DNA of 63,660 nucleotides, filler included, from Sphacelaria rigidula (lineage: Eukaryota): assembly GCA_964200075.2 (NCBI GenBank). It is 9 parts of 9 records of this genome, joined end to end, with 100 filler letters (N's around TTAATTAATTAA, not from the genome) between each part and the next. Parts side by side here need not be neighbours in the genome. Positions count along the whole stretch, not along the records: positions 1 to 6,985 come from CAXNAA020017076.1; positions 7,086 to 14,070 come from CAXNAA020017077.1; 7 more parts are not named here. One strand, written 5' to 3'. Positions 1 through 11,381 of this stretch are shown here, in pieces. The notes below the pieces were generated by a model, which did not search any database, was not told the DNA's origin, and saw only the letters and a program-made list of their open reading frames with translations. The translations under genes and the position numbers were made by a program. Numbering within the stretch: the first letter of the stretch is position 1; each line of letters opens with the position of its first letter.

Positions 1-335
1 GGCATTGTAGGGATGCGAGGTCAATGGTCTCACGACTATGGCATGCATGATCATGAGTACACCCCCGTTCTCCCCCTTCCTTCCTCGGAAGTAGCCCGTA
101 CATTGAAGCAACCCTCTCATCTCTCCCCAGTGTGGTACCTGTCTCGCAACCAGTTCTCGTGAACCGGATCATGACTGTCAGCACTCATGCAGCCCGTCGA
201 CTTCTGTCGGATTCCTCCGCCAACACTCGTTCATCACGTCTTCACTCACGTGCTTGTACATCAAGCCAATCTTATTTTGCCCTCTTCCCGCCCAATTTTT
301 TTGTTCATGATCTGTGTGTGTGTTTTTTTTTCAAG

Positions 336-474
336 CTCCACTACGAGCGGGATCTGGGTGTACCCATAGACGTTATCGACCCGAAAAACTACCTCTTACC
401 AAGGAATCCGCCGCCGCTGGCGCCCGAGGACGAGGCGTTGCTGAACTGGAGGGAAGGAGATGGGCACGCGTCAG
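336..474 (+). CDS. PAF1: PAF1 (RNA polymerase II-associated factor 1)-like, internal exon 1 of 3 visible (LHYERDLGVPIDVIDPKNYLLPRNPPPLAPEDEALLNWREGDGHAS)
   Basis: T-rich tract with caag| acceptor and TCAG|GTGAGG donor, phase 1. Peptide resembles the PAF1 motif ExDLGVxIDLI.P..Y......L.P.DE.LL. Confidence 0.85.
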
Positions 475-544
475 GTGAGGATGGTCATCAGACATGGATA
501 TATATATATATATATATGTCGAGAGAGAGAGAGAGAGACATGGA

Positions 545-645
545 TTGATTCGATTTATTCGATTTATTCGATTGATTGATTGATTGACGCACTTTAACTG
601 ACCCCCCCCCCCCCCAGGGGTCATGATCCAGTCGTGGTCACAAAA
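545..645 (-). repeat. Retroposon-like 3' end with (ATCA)n-type tail; a second copy lies in opposite orientation at ~4055-4117
   Basis: Shared sequence ctggatcatgac(c/t)cctggggg..gtcagtt.aag.gcg..aatcaatc in both places. Confidence 0.55.
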
Positions 646-1139
646 CTGAAACACTCGCTGAAGAAAAATAAGGAATAGAAAAAGTCAAATAGACCGACAG
701 AGTAGACTAAGACGTGAAAAAACAAACAAAAGCAAAGCACAGGAAAAATGGCCGATTTAAAATAAAATTGAAGGAAAAAGAGGAAAGCAAAAAGCAAAGT
801 ATGTATATAAATGTATATCCGTATATCCAAAGTTGTACAGATGTAGTGTTGGTGCTTACCAGTGCTCATCATGTATGGAGCATTTGGCCATAGGAGGTTG
901 ATTTTTTTTCATATATCAATGTGTAAGTGATGGTCGTGCACACAGCGATGTTGTGGTTTTGTCGAGTATCGTATCAGACCAAGCATGACGTCTCATATTC
1001 GTAGCGTTGGTTGACATATGCATGTGTGTGTGTTGTGTGTGTCAACTTGGTTTGCTGGTGGCTGAAGGTGGTCGAAGCTTCCTCGATTCCTGAGTTTTTC
1101 AGATTACATGGGGTATCGACTTCCGGAAGTACCCCAAGT

Positions 1140-1400
1140 ATTGTAGGGGTGCGGGGAGGGGGGGGGGATACTTATGATGTTGCATGCCATAGTCTGATAT
1201 TGGCCTCGCGTCCCTACAAAGCCGGGACGGAGCACGCCAGGTTTTCGCCGGGCCAGGTTCGCAATCAGTCACCAAGCACGAAGCGCCGTGATGTGTTGGG
1301 CGAGTAGCATGAAGGATGAGGTGCGTCCTGCCACGACTGTTCGGCCCGAAGCGTACCGATTATCTTGCATATGGCAAATATTGAGGGGGGGGGTACGCGG
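1140..1400 (+). mobile_element. High-copy non-autonomous element (G-run, gtactcatgatcatgc..., aaagccgggacggagcacgcc...); copies at 1-66, 14171-14240, 20085-20385, 27875-28225, 41860-42170, 42375-42408 and 56480-56576
   Basis: At least 8 alignable copies on six scaffolds. Several scaffolds start or end within or right beside it. Confidence 0.8.
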
Positions 1401-2019
1401 GTGTATTTGTACTCCAAACTAGCAGCCACTCGTACGAACGCGATCGTTACCACTTTCGTGCCTTCCGAAGCCAAGCATCCTTCAGGGCTGTGTTATAATA
1501 GTAGTAATGAGTCGCAAAGAAACATTAAGGAGAGTCGATGTGATGCGGGGGTACGTGCATCCAATCTCGCGGTACCAAAATGTTTGGCGGGTGCGGCGGG
1601 AGAGATGAGATGGGTTGATCCATCGTGGAAAGATACATGGCGGACTCGGGTTGCAGCAAAGCAGAGGTTTGAAAGCGTGACGGTTACATCAACAACAAAA
1701 CAAAACCGTCTTCACAGCTCATGCAATCCACGCCATCTTCGCAACGCGTCAACACACCAGAGTACAGACAGTGAAAGCTCCAACACATTAGAGAGGGCGT
1801 GAGTGTGTGTTTAGCTGCGGTACAGTGAAACAGGTCCTGATTTTGGGCAGGTCCTCGATTTTGGGTGCCGAGTTTGAACGCCTGGCCATGGTCGCGCTTC
1901 CTTCAATTCACCTTTGATTACCTTGTTTGTGTGTGGGATATCTGACTTGTGATGCGGGCTTCGCCCGCTAGTTTAATCAAGCAGATCCCGTCCCGGTATC
2001 TTCCTGTTGCCGAGTTTTT

Positions 2020-2170
2020 CACACCCTGGATGATGGCAATATATTAATTACATGTAAAAAAATGTACTGCGTACAGGATGGGACCCATTGTCTATTGCAA
2101 TAGAGGCAATAGTTGATCCTGTACGCAGTACAGGTTTTCGAAAATTTCTATCTATTAATATCCAGGATGT
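2020..2170 (+). mobile_element. ~150-bp MITE with CACACCCTGGA-type ends and a nested 70-bp palindrome (2063-2132); inverted copy at ~4318-4460
   Basis: Perfect 17-bp arms tgtactgcgtacaggat/atcctgtacgcagtaca. Outer arms acaccctggat/atccaggatgt. Confidence 0.7.
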
Positions 2171-3490
2171 TTTTTTTTGTGAGATTTTGCTCACACTGAA
2201 AGTTGTTGATGTGCGCATGCCATTGCGTAAATGCGGCTCTTGCCTTGTACCGTGAACGGGTCACTCGTTCGCGAAGACCTCGTTATGCTCGTGATGTGTT
2301 GAGGCTCCTCGCGAAAGCCTATATTTGTGCATGTATTCCCGACCCCGCCCGTCCAACCCAAAAGAGGAACGGGCTGTACTCTCGAACAACTGCGTAGTTC
2401 TTTTGGGATCTTTACTGCAGTGGCGTTCGTCACATGAAGAATCAAGTCGTGAAATGTTCGCGTCGGTACAGATACAAGTGAAGCCGAAAGCAGAAGACCA
2501 TTTCGCGTTCAGAGAGTTTATTTGACCCGTTGACTTCCACGACGATTCATCTGTTGAGCTGGCATCGTTTTCAATATTGAGAGTCAACGCAAGGCACCAA
2601 TGACCCACCCTAACGGTCAAAGGGTTTCGAGACCAACATGCGCGGTCAGCCAGGGACAGATTCAATAGTAGGCGAGAAGATCTGGCTCTCGCTTGTGTCA
2701 CATCAAGGCTTTTTTTTTTTTTTCCTCTGTCTGGGCTCATCTGGTTAATAGTGTCTGTGTCTGTGACTGTTATCATCATTGTTATTGTTTTTGTTGTCGC
2801 ATTTTTCGATTTATTCTTCGTTATTTATTATACTTATTATTATCTCATCATTAGTTTCATTATTAGTATTATTTAAGGCGACTTCCCCTAGGTGTGGGAG
2901 TGGTAGTCTCGGAAGGCACAGGCGTGGCCGTGGGACGTGCCTAGACAGTTCGTTCTTGTGTGGAAGGAAACTCCAGGGTCGAGAGGAGAAGTGACTCGAG
3001 GGGGCACCGTGATAGGTGCCGCCTCGAGTTGGAGTATGACTAATACTCCGGGGACCTGATAGACAGTGACCCGAGGGGACAGACTGGTGTTCCAGAGGGA
3101 ACGTTCCCGGAACTATGCCGGAGATATGAAGTTCCCTGGAACGGAGCGGAGGGACCCATGAATATTCTCGGGAAATATGCCGAGGGGAATATGGTCCCGT
3201 AGCGGTTGTGGACACGTGGAAGACTTGTGGACTACGCTGGTGCTGACATATTTATCATTATCATTATTATTACTATTACTAATATATTATTAGTAGTAGG
3301 TTCGCGAGATCGGACTAATGTGCGGAAATAATAATAATTTTAAAAGTAGTATTGGTAGTATTATTTATTTTATCAGATTATATTTTTATTGTCCAATATT
3401 ATTTATAATCATTTATTATTGTTAATTTACTTCCCTTTTTCGTTTCAAAATATTTCTGGCGCGCTGTTTGGTTCCATGGAAATATCCAAG

Positions 3491-3625
3491 GCAAGAACGA
3501 AGACCTGTCCATGTCGGCGCGACGAAAGAAGGTGGATACTTCGGTGACCTGGCTCAAGAAGACGGTGTACCTCACGAACGATCCCTTCGACCCGGTGCAC
3601 CAGTTCAAGTCCGAGCAGCAGGCGC

Positions 3626-3627
<2 letters not shown>
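3491..3627 (+). CDS. PAF1: PAF1-like exon 2 (GKNEDLSMSARRKKVDTSVTWLKKTVYLTNDPFDPVHQFKSEQQAQ)
   Basis: ccaag|GC completes the phase-1 Gly codon from the previous exon. VTWLKKTVYLT resembles PAF1 VxWLRKTEYIS. Donor CAG|GTGTGT, phase 0. Confidence 0.85.

Positions 3628-3681
<54 letters not shown>
3628..3681 (+). repeat. (GT)27 microsatellite beginning at the splice donor
   Basis: Read directly from the sequence. Confidence 0.95.
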
Positions 3682-3682
<1 letters not shown>

Positions 3683-4588
3683 TTGTCTCTCTTTTCTTCC
3701 TCACCACTTTTTTTTTATATTTCGAGCCCTTTTTTGTCCCCCTCCTTTTTTTATTTTCAGCTCCTTTCGTTATTTTCTTGCCACCGCTACCCCCTACCGC
3801 TGCCGCACACCTTCCGATTGTTTCAAGCTGCTGCGTCTTGGGAGCGCCCATCTCATTTATTTTCGGGTTTTTTCACTGCACAAATATCGTATCGCGCGTG
3901 GTGGTTGTTGTTTTTGCTGTTCTCTTCACATTTGAAACCGTTCCGTGTGTGTGGCAGAGGCCGGCCATTTCTTTCCTCTCCTTTTTATTTATTATTTTAT
4001 TTTTCTTCCTCTTGCTTCAGTTTTGTTTCGTCTCGGGTACCTTTATAATGTGGATCTCGACCGCGGCTGGATCATGACTCCTGGGGGGTCAGTTCAAGCG
4101 CGACGATCAATCAAATCCGATCTCTGCCTTGTACCGGTTAACAATCGCACTGGGCATCTGATGCGGATGCCTCATGTGGTCACAGGCTAGATATTTGATA
4201 GCAACTATCCAACATGAGGTATACGAAAATCAAAGGAAAACATAAAATAGAAAACTCAGAATAATCAACACAGACGCGAATCCGAAGGAACGTTGGAGGC
4301 AAACATCGTGCAATGTTCACACCCTGGACAACAGCGTGAATACACAGTCGAAGAGTGCACTGCGTACAATATCGACTATTGCGCCTATTGCAACGGACAA
4401 GAGATCCCATACTGTGCGCAGTACATTTTTTTACAGTATAATCTTTTGTCCAGGACGTGGTACTGTTGAAAATAGATGGCGCAATATACTCACAGGCGTC
4501 ACAGTGAAGACCCGCCCTTTCCGTCGTCGCTCTCATTCTCTCTTCGGGACCATCCTTGACGTCGCTGGATGTGCGCATGTACATACAG

Positions 4589-4693
4589 GCCGACAAGCAA
4601 AAGGAACTCGAGATGGAACTGGCGAGGGGCAGCACCGTGGACCGCAAGACGCTCATTTTGGAGTCGTTCATGCACGCCAACAGCAGAGAACCG
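4589..4693 (+). CDS. PAF1: PAF1-like exon 3 (ADKQKELEMELARGSTVDRKTLILESFMHANSREP)
   Basis: catacag| acceptor, CCG|GTGAAG donor, phase 0/0. Resembles the PAF1 segment DR..QI..IE.TF..A. The gene continues beyond the scaffold at both ends. Confidence 0.7.
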
Positions 4694-4769
4694 GTGAAGT
4701 GTCGTTTTTTCCGCTGGTAATGCTACGTGTCCAGATGGATGATGGTGACGATGATGATCCCATGCAAGG

Positions 4770-5377
4770 TAGTGTTGGATGTCGAAACCATTCAGCACTT
4801 CGATACGATACCGACTTTCTCAGCGTTCGATAACGATAGTTTTCGATAATTTTCGGCGAAGCCGAATCGTGATGATAGCAGCAACTCCGCTCACTGTGCG
4901 AGCCCCAAATGCCCCCCCCCCCCCCCCCCCCCCCCCCCGGGGGGGCCCCCCGGCGGCGCGCCGGGGGGGAGAAAAATTAGAATTATCACCTCATTTTTCA
5001 TCTCCATTTTCCCANNNNNNNNNNTTTCATAATTTTCGGCGACCCCAGTCGGGGTCGGAGGAGGCGCCACCCTGCCCCGGCGGCGCCCCGGTCCGCCCCC
5101 CCCCCCCCCCCCCGGCTCGTGAGGGGGCCCCGCGGGAGGCGCGTCGGAGGCAAGAAAATTTAGATTTACGACTTTATTTCCCATCGAATTTGACCTAACC
5201 AAGGTCTCCCAGCCTAGGAGAAAAGTTGTCCAGATTCGACAAAACTCGATAACCACACCGCCCGTTTTCTCTTTTCATCGAAATATTTTCGATACGATAA
5301 CGATAACGATATTTCGATACGATACGTGAAAACTTTCGAATGATGCATAGAAACTTTCGATACGATATACAACACTA
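4770..5377. mobile_element. hAT-like MITE with TAGTGTTG...CAACACTA termini and subterminal tcgatacgata repeats; contains an internal gap
   Basis: 8-bp direct repeat atgcaagg at 4762-4769 and 5379-5386, with one extra A on the right side. Confidence 0.75.
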
Positions 5378-5691
5378 AATGCAAGGTTATGTTGGTGGGC
5401 GTCGAAAAAAAAAGCTGACACTCTTCTTCAAATCCCCGATTCCCGAGGGTGCTTGATTCGGGGAGTTTTTACTTTTTTTTTCTTCAAATTTTATCCCTCA
5501 AGGGAAAACGCAGTGATCTCAGTTCGCTGGGTTGATATATGGAAGTCCTTTTGTCTACAGGTATCCCTATTTCTTTTTTTATTGGGTTGTTACTTCTGTT
5601 CATATTTTTCAACATGTATACTAAACTGCAAATCCAAAGGCTCATTGGTGCATCCATTCGGCGTAATTTTGTGAGCTTTGCGAGCTAGCCG

Positions 5692-6045
5692 ATTACCCCG
5701 GTGGCTCAGTTGGTAACCTCGAAACATTCTGAAGGTTGTGTCGTCGATTGGAATCTCGGTGCAGTAACACAAACCTGGAATTTTCCTCACACAGTGGCCA
5801 ACAGTGGAGAGCGACCATGTCGTTAGTACACAAAATTTGACCATGCGGTCGACGACGGAAAGAGACTGCTAAACCTCTCTCGCGATAAAAATAAGGCAAG
5901 CACCGCAAAAGGAAGGTAGAGTAATAATTAAAAAAAACTCCTGTGTTGGCCTTCCTCCTGTGTGACCCCGGCTAATGGGCCCACATATACCGAAAGGTGT
6001 CGACTGGGATCAAAAATAGACGAGATGACAACAATACATCACACA
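5692..6045 (+). mobile_element. tRNA-derived SINE (~350 bp, CA-rich tail)
   Basis: A box ggtggctcagttggt, degenerate B box, body shared with at least 5 other copies (ccaacagtggagagcgac...). Confidence 0.8.
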
Positions 6046-6171
6046 TAGCTGGCTCGTGCCTATCGATCGTTGCTACAGGCGAGCCTAAAAGTGTGTCCGT
6101 CGACGTGCATGATTGATTGGCTCACCTCTACCCCGTGTTTCCGTGGTTTTCAAGCTTGTGTTCAGTAGGGT

Positions 6172-6545
6172 ATGTGTGTTTCGTTGTCGTCGTCCCATCT
6201 ATTCTGGACGGCAGTCTGCACTTTTCGGTATATGTGGGCGCATCAGCCGGGATCACACGGGAGACATGCTAACACACGAGCTTTTTCTTTTTACTTTTGC
6301 TTTGGTAGTCCGCCTTCCTTATGCGGTGCTTGGCAATATATTTTTTCGCGAGAGGGGTCCAGCAGTCTCTCTCTCTCTCGTCGACCGTGAATCCATTCGA
6401 AGTATGTGTATCCACAACAAAGTCGCTCTCCACTGTTGGGCATTGTGTGAGGAAAAATCCCAGATGGTGTGACTGCACCGAGATTCGAACCCACGACCCA
6501 ACCGTCAGAAAGTGTCGAGGTTACCAACTGAGCCACCGGGGCGAC
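6172..6545 (-). mobile_element. tRNA-derived SINE, best-preserved copy
   Basis: Reverse complement reads gtcgccccGGTGGCTCAGTTGGtaa...gtgGGTTCGAATCtc, with intact Pol III A and B boxes, and ends in (CA)n. Confidence 0.85.
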
Positions 6546-6985
6546 TGGCTCACCGGCTGGAAATTCGACACTTTCACGGAAGTATAGAATAGGTGTTTTA
6601 TCGGGAAATGCTCTTCCGGACCATATCTAAGTATTCGGAACAGGGTTCGGTATACTGCCATACAACACCGGAATGTTTACCGAACATTTCGGTATGGTTA
6701 GTTTGCCACCCGGAAATCACTCATCTCCGGGTACACTCTACGGAACACACGCTTGGAATTTTTTGTGTGGATCTTTGGATGATACCGCGGTATATTGTTG
6801 CCTCACGCATACAGTACATGGGTATCACAACCGACGACCCGGGATCGGATACGAAGGCTGGAAGGGTAATTTACGTTTTTATTTTGTCTTCTTTACTGCT
6901 CATCATACGTCAACCTGCGAGCTGATCCTCACTTTCGTCGTAGGACAACTGGGCCTCGAACTCCTTCTGCCAGGCAATGTCGTCG

Positions 6986-7085
6986 NNNNNNNNNNNNNNN
7001 NNNNNNNNNNNNNNNNNNNNNNNNNNNNNTTAATTAATTAANNNNNNNNNNNNNNNNNNNNNNNNNNNNNNNNNNNNNNNNNNNN
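6986..7085. other. Artificial 100-nt scaffold spacer (N-run, TTAATTAATTAA, N-run); also at 14071, 21156, 28241, 35325, 42409, 49493 and 56577
   Basis: Eight identical spacers carrying a six-frame stop linker. Intervening pieces are 6985 bp (four) then 6984 bp (five). Confidence 0.98.
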
Positions 7086-7330
7086 CCCTCCAGGCAAAAC
7101 AAGCCTCCAGAGGCCTTTCATCCCATTGGAGGAAACCAAACACTACCGACCCGGAGGGCCGCGCATCCCTCCGGAGGAATTTGGGGTATGCGCGGCCCTC
7201 CAGAGGTACAAACAAGCCTCGGGAGGCGTTTAATCTCTCTGGAGGAAACAAAAAATCTCCTCTGGAGGGCCGCGCACCCCTCTGGAGGCTCGAAAAGGTT
7301 ACCCACCTGGAGGAATTATGGGGGTAGCCA
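7086..7330. repeat. Cluster of short ccctc(c/t)ggagg-type quasi-palindromic repeats, probably the subterminal array of a DNA transposon
   Basis: About 8 variants of cctc.ggagg/cctccagagg, three of them in a cgcgca.ccctc-like context. Confidence 0.5.
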
Positions 7331-7961
7331 AATGGCCGCGTGTGCAGTTGTCAAGGCTTTGGGTCAGGGAAAGCACTATTTTCGAGTTGAAGCTCATTTT
7401 TATGTTCAATCCCATTTATTAGGATCCTCTGTTATTCTCAGTTTTGAAATATCACACAGTACAGCACACAGTGTACTGACGTATCATCATGCGAACGATA
7501 TACTATGTGCCACTTTATGTGTGCTAGGGTTGCTACTGAATCACACCCATAACTAAGTGGCTCAATAGAAACAATACTCGATAATTGGCAGCTGGAAGCT
7601 GGCAGCTGGCAGCTGGCAGCTGGCAGTCATCATTCAGCACTCACAAACCGGCGGTTTTGTCACGCCACATGGACACATGGGGCACCGGTATGGGCACCTG
7701 CTTAGTGGCCGCCGGCGACGCATGGGCTATACGCGCGAACTTATGCGCATTCTATCCTCATTATTATGCGTTTCAAAACCAAAAATATGTGTTTTGATCA
7801 AAAACATGATGAAGCGCTAAAGAACCGAATCATGCAAATCTTTATGCGCGCATAGAGGGTGAAGACTTGATTTTCATTCTTTCTATTATGATGATATCTG
7901 CATGGAAATGGATGGAAATATGTGAATAGTATGAAAAGTAACACCCGTCAATAAGGGCCCT

Positions 7962-8050
7962 TGGACGGCGAGAGTAGGTCACCTGTTCCATCCGCACCAA
8001 TTTCACTTGAAAAAGGTATGCATGGCCAAGATGGACTATCCTCGCGGTAT
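7962..8050 (+). mobile_element. ~90-bp mini-MITE (TIR ~tagaccgcgagggtag); other copies at ~40955-41037 (+) and ~41333-41392 (-)
   Basis: Shared core gcaccaa(c)tttcacttgaaaaa.gtatgc.tg..c.agatggacta.cc with inverted termini. Confidence 0.65.
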
Positions 8051-9436
8051 AAGGTTTAGGCACCACACCTCTCTGATGTAGAATAGTCGGGTTTCCCCAC
8101 ACAGGCGCTGATAACCCGACGTTGTCCTTTGGTCAAATCGAACGTAACCCGATCTCGTGTGTGCACGTTTTCTCAACAACTCTTAACACGGAATCCTCAC
8201 AAATGGGAACGAGATTTTCCTAGGGGAGCGAAGTGATGGCGAAATTGCAAATAAGATAGACTCGTAGTACTGGTCAAAGGTACCTTTCGGTCTTCTAGTA
8301 GGTGGTATGGCTGAGGTCCCCGCACAGTTACAGTGGCTAAGGTTAGAGGCAGGCGAGGAATATTATTATACTTCATCATGCGTGCGACATCCCCCCGCAT
8401 TTGTTTGTCGCGTTTGTGTGAGGTAGACCGAACACTACCCGACATCACGAGATTAGAACGGGCACAGAGCTGAGTGTTTGAGGGATTAAACCAGACCAAA
8501 CCGCGTTGCGTCCGTGATAAGTGTACAGGACGATGGAAATTATCTTTAGGGTAGATTGTTGGAAGAATACGAGCAAGCAGCAGCAGCTTTTCACTGTAGG
8601 TCGTGGATGGCGACCCGACGTTGTAAAGGCAATTGATCACGACTTGCTTAACAACGTGACCGTTTGCAGATCGGTTCATCTTTCGCCGTGCTCATGCGTG
8701 GTAGTTGACAGTGGCGGCTCGTTCTTTCAGACAAGGGTTGTTACGAAAAAGGATTCCGATGCTTAGTCTTTGTACTGGATAAAATCCAGAGAAAAGGCTT
8801 CACTCTACACTTGATCCAACACCGGAGAGGAGAGACACTCACGCCATTAATAAAGTTGATGATTTGATGGTGTTGTGGGAGTGGGGAGATATTACAGTAG
8901 TGGTGCGCGGAACAAATTTTGAACGGCGGATCGTTTTCACAACAAATTTGGAGCATGTGGGGCCAGCGACCGTGGGGGTGTCCCACGAGTACACAGTCCT
9001 AGGTTTTAGCAGGCTTGTTGTCATTTTCACTCGACCGAATCATTCTTGATCATGGTGGACAGTCGTCCGGAATCAGTTCTTGAATTTGTCAGCCATTTAC
9101 GCAACAGCCCGGTGGTTCCGCCGGCAACCTCGAAGCCTTCCGACAAATGGAACGTAGGTAAATATCTCGGTGAAGAGTCGTGACTCGGTAGGGATGCTTA
9201 AATAATATCTGGGCTGGCGTATTGAAGTTATAGACCCTCGCGCACTTCCACTGGTGCACTTAAATAGGACGAGAATGCGGCTGAACGTGAGGCGATTCTC
9301 TCGCAGGCGAACACCACAAGTTGTGAAAAGTGTCATTCTTTCGCTTCACAACGTGAAAACACCTGACAGTTTTTTTCGGCCAAAAATGCGCACCCCAACC
9401 GTCGCACGACTCTGAAGTCAAACGACCTCGGTTGTT

Positions 9437-9710
9437 TCTCACACCATGCCCAATAGTGGAGAGCGACCATGTCATGAGTACACGAAGTTCGACTTCACGA
9501 TCGACGAGGGAAAGAGACCGCTGAATCCTGTTCGCTATATCAAGTGGGGGAAACGCCGCAAAATGGAGGTGGGGCACTGAAATAAAACCAAGATTTTCTG
9601 TGTTGACCTTCTTCCGCTGCGATCCCTGCTGATGTGCCCACATATGCCGAGAGGCGTAGATTGGCGTCCAGAATATAGGTGATGAATTCACACACACATA
9701 CACACACACA
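9437..9710 (+). mobile_element. tRNA-SINE body; other copies at 10393-10585 (-, partial), 41049-41305 (+) and 49275-49350 (-, partial)
   Basis: Aligns with the 5692 and 6172 copies and ends in (CA)n. Confidence 0.75.
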
Positions 9711-10844
9711 GCTGAAAAAATGTGTTTTCGGACCAACGTACGGGTGGTGACACCGCCCACAAAAAGAGGTTTCAACCCCGTATTGCCCCGACAATACAAA
9801 ATTATATGTCGTCAACGATCGGTTCCTCCTTCCAAGGCCTGCCGATTTTCGAACTTTCGAGTGGAAATTGTGACAATTACGACAACTTGTATTCAAATGG
9901 TGACTACAGTACAGTTCGTACTGTATCTGATTTAAGAGGGAATGTTTGAATGCTCGTATAGCTTGCCTAGCAACATCTATCATCGTTCAACGCTAATTTA
10001 TCAGAAACCGTCATCCTTATTCATTTGGTGACATACATGGGGATTAAGCGACAAGGGTGAACGGAATTATTCCGCCCGGGGGATCAAGGTCAATGAGTAA
10101 CAACACGCGCGCTCACGCGCGCACACTACCGACGCCGGATGGCCGGCATGAAACAAGGGCTCAACATAACAGAGTCGCCATGAGAACGGGGTCACACCAC
10201 CGTCCTTCCTGCTCACGACCACCCCTTGCCCTACATGACAAGAGAGGAAATAACCGTAGCTTCGGAGTATCTTCGGCAACGTAACTACGACAGTAGCCTT
10301 CAGCAAGAGGGACCGCAGACCCGCCGTTCGGCAGCTCACGAAGTCGTATCGTAGGCACCTATTCACAGCGGAGACAACTGCGACTTCCCAATTTGTGTGT
10401 GTGTCTTGTCGTCCCATCTACTCCGGACGCCGGTCTATTTATACACATTCCGGTATATGTTTGCGCACCAGCTGGGGTCAAAGGAGGAAGGCCACGACAG
10501 GAGTTTTTTTTTTCTGTTTTGTTCTAATACTCCACCTTCCTTGTGCGGTGCTTGCCCCTTGTTTTATATCGCGAGGGGGATTTGCTTATCTAAATTCCAA
10601 AATATTCACAGTGATCCTTGGCTACAATCGTACGACCATAAACATGCAACCATCAATCAATGCATGTTTGTAATACATAAGCCTCACCAAAACGTGGTGC
10701 GAATTCCCAGCCCTGCTACAATCGACCGCACCATAATGTACATAAAATATGAGAACGAATAAACGATCCTCCATAATCAGACATGCAGCTCCGTTTGACC
10801 TACGCTAGATTCCGACATAATGAACCACGCATGAACAACATCAG

Positions 10845-10950
10845 TTAACGTCGAGCCACAACGCCGAAAGCCTTCTTATCCGTCTTGCAATCACGAAAAC
10901 CAGCGGCCACGAGCCGCTCTATCACGCCCCGGAACAACCTCCCGCCCTCG
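10845..10950 (-). CDS. COG2521-like methyltransferase terminal exon (EGGRLFRGVIERLVAAGFRDCKTDKKAFGVVARR*)
   Basis: cgtag| acceptor, phase matches the previous exon (AA|C = Asn). GV.ERL..AGF......A.GVVA C-terminal motif. TAA stop at 10845-10847. Confidence 0.88.
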
Positions 10951-11381
10951 CTACGGTCGCACGCGCCAAGATTGGTAGACAGGAAGCAAGCACACAACAG
11001 CACAAACGCAAGTGCGCGCATAATACAGCGCACACAGACAACGTCGTACGGCCGGGCACGAGGGAAAATATATGTATGTGGTTACGTTCACGGTGTGGTC
11101 GTGTGTGTTCGGGGGTACACATATGCAAGGCACATTCAATGTTGAAACAGAAAGAGATACGCATCATTTCTAGTGGAGCTGTTACACCGGGCAGATGCTG
11201 CGCCATGCCAGTTTTCCCGAATATTGCGTGTAGCGATGTCTCAGAACAGTGCCCAGGTGGTGGTCAAGAGCATGGTATATGGAAAACTACACGAACGAAC
11301 GTGCACATGAATGCGAGAAAGTTGGACTGCAGGAGAGCAGAACGGTTTTCCGCCACAAGAACGTTTCCGGAATTCTCTTAC

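Noticed and set aside
3399-4077. Long hydrophobic or VC-repeat ORFs suggesting a membrane protein
   Set aside because: Read-through of the PAF1 exon into a GT microsatellite and a T-rich intron.
4850-5195. Pro/Gly-rich ORFs and a local duplication
   Set aside because: Same artefact pattern around the 10-N gap at ~5015, with homopolymer-degraded sequence inside a MITE.
6470-6545. tRNA gene
   Set aside because: A and B boxes are present but the D-stem and acceptor stem do not pair, and it is fused to a multicopy body with a CA tail, so it is a SINE head.
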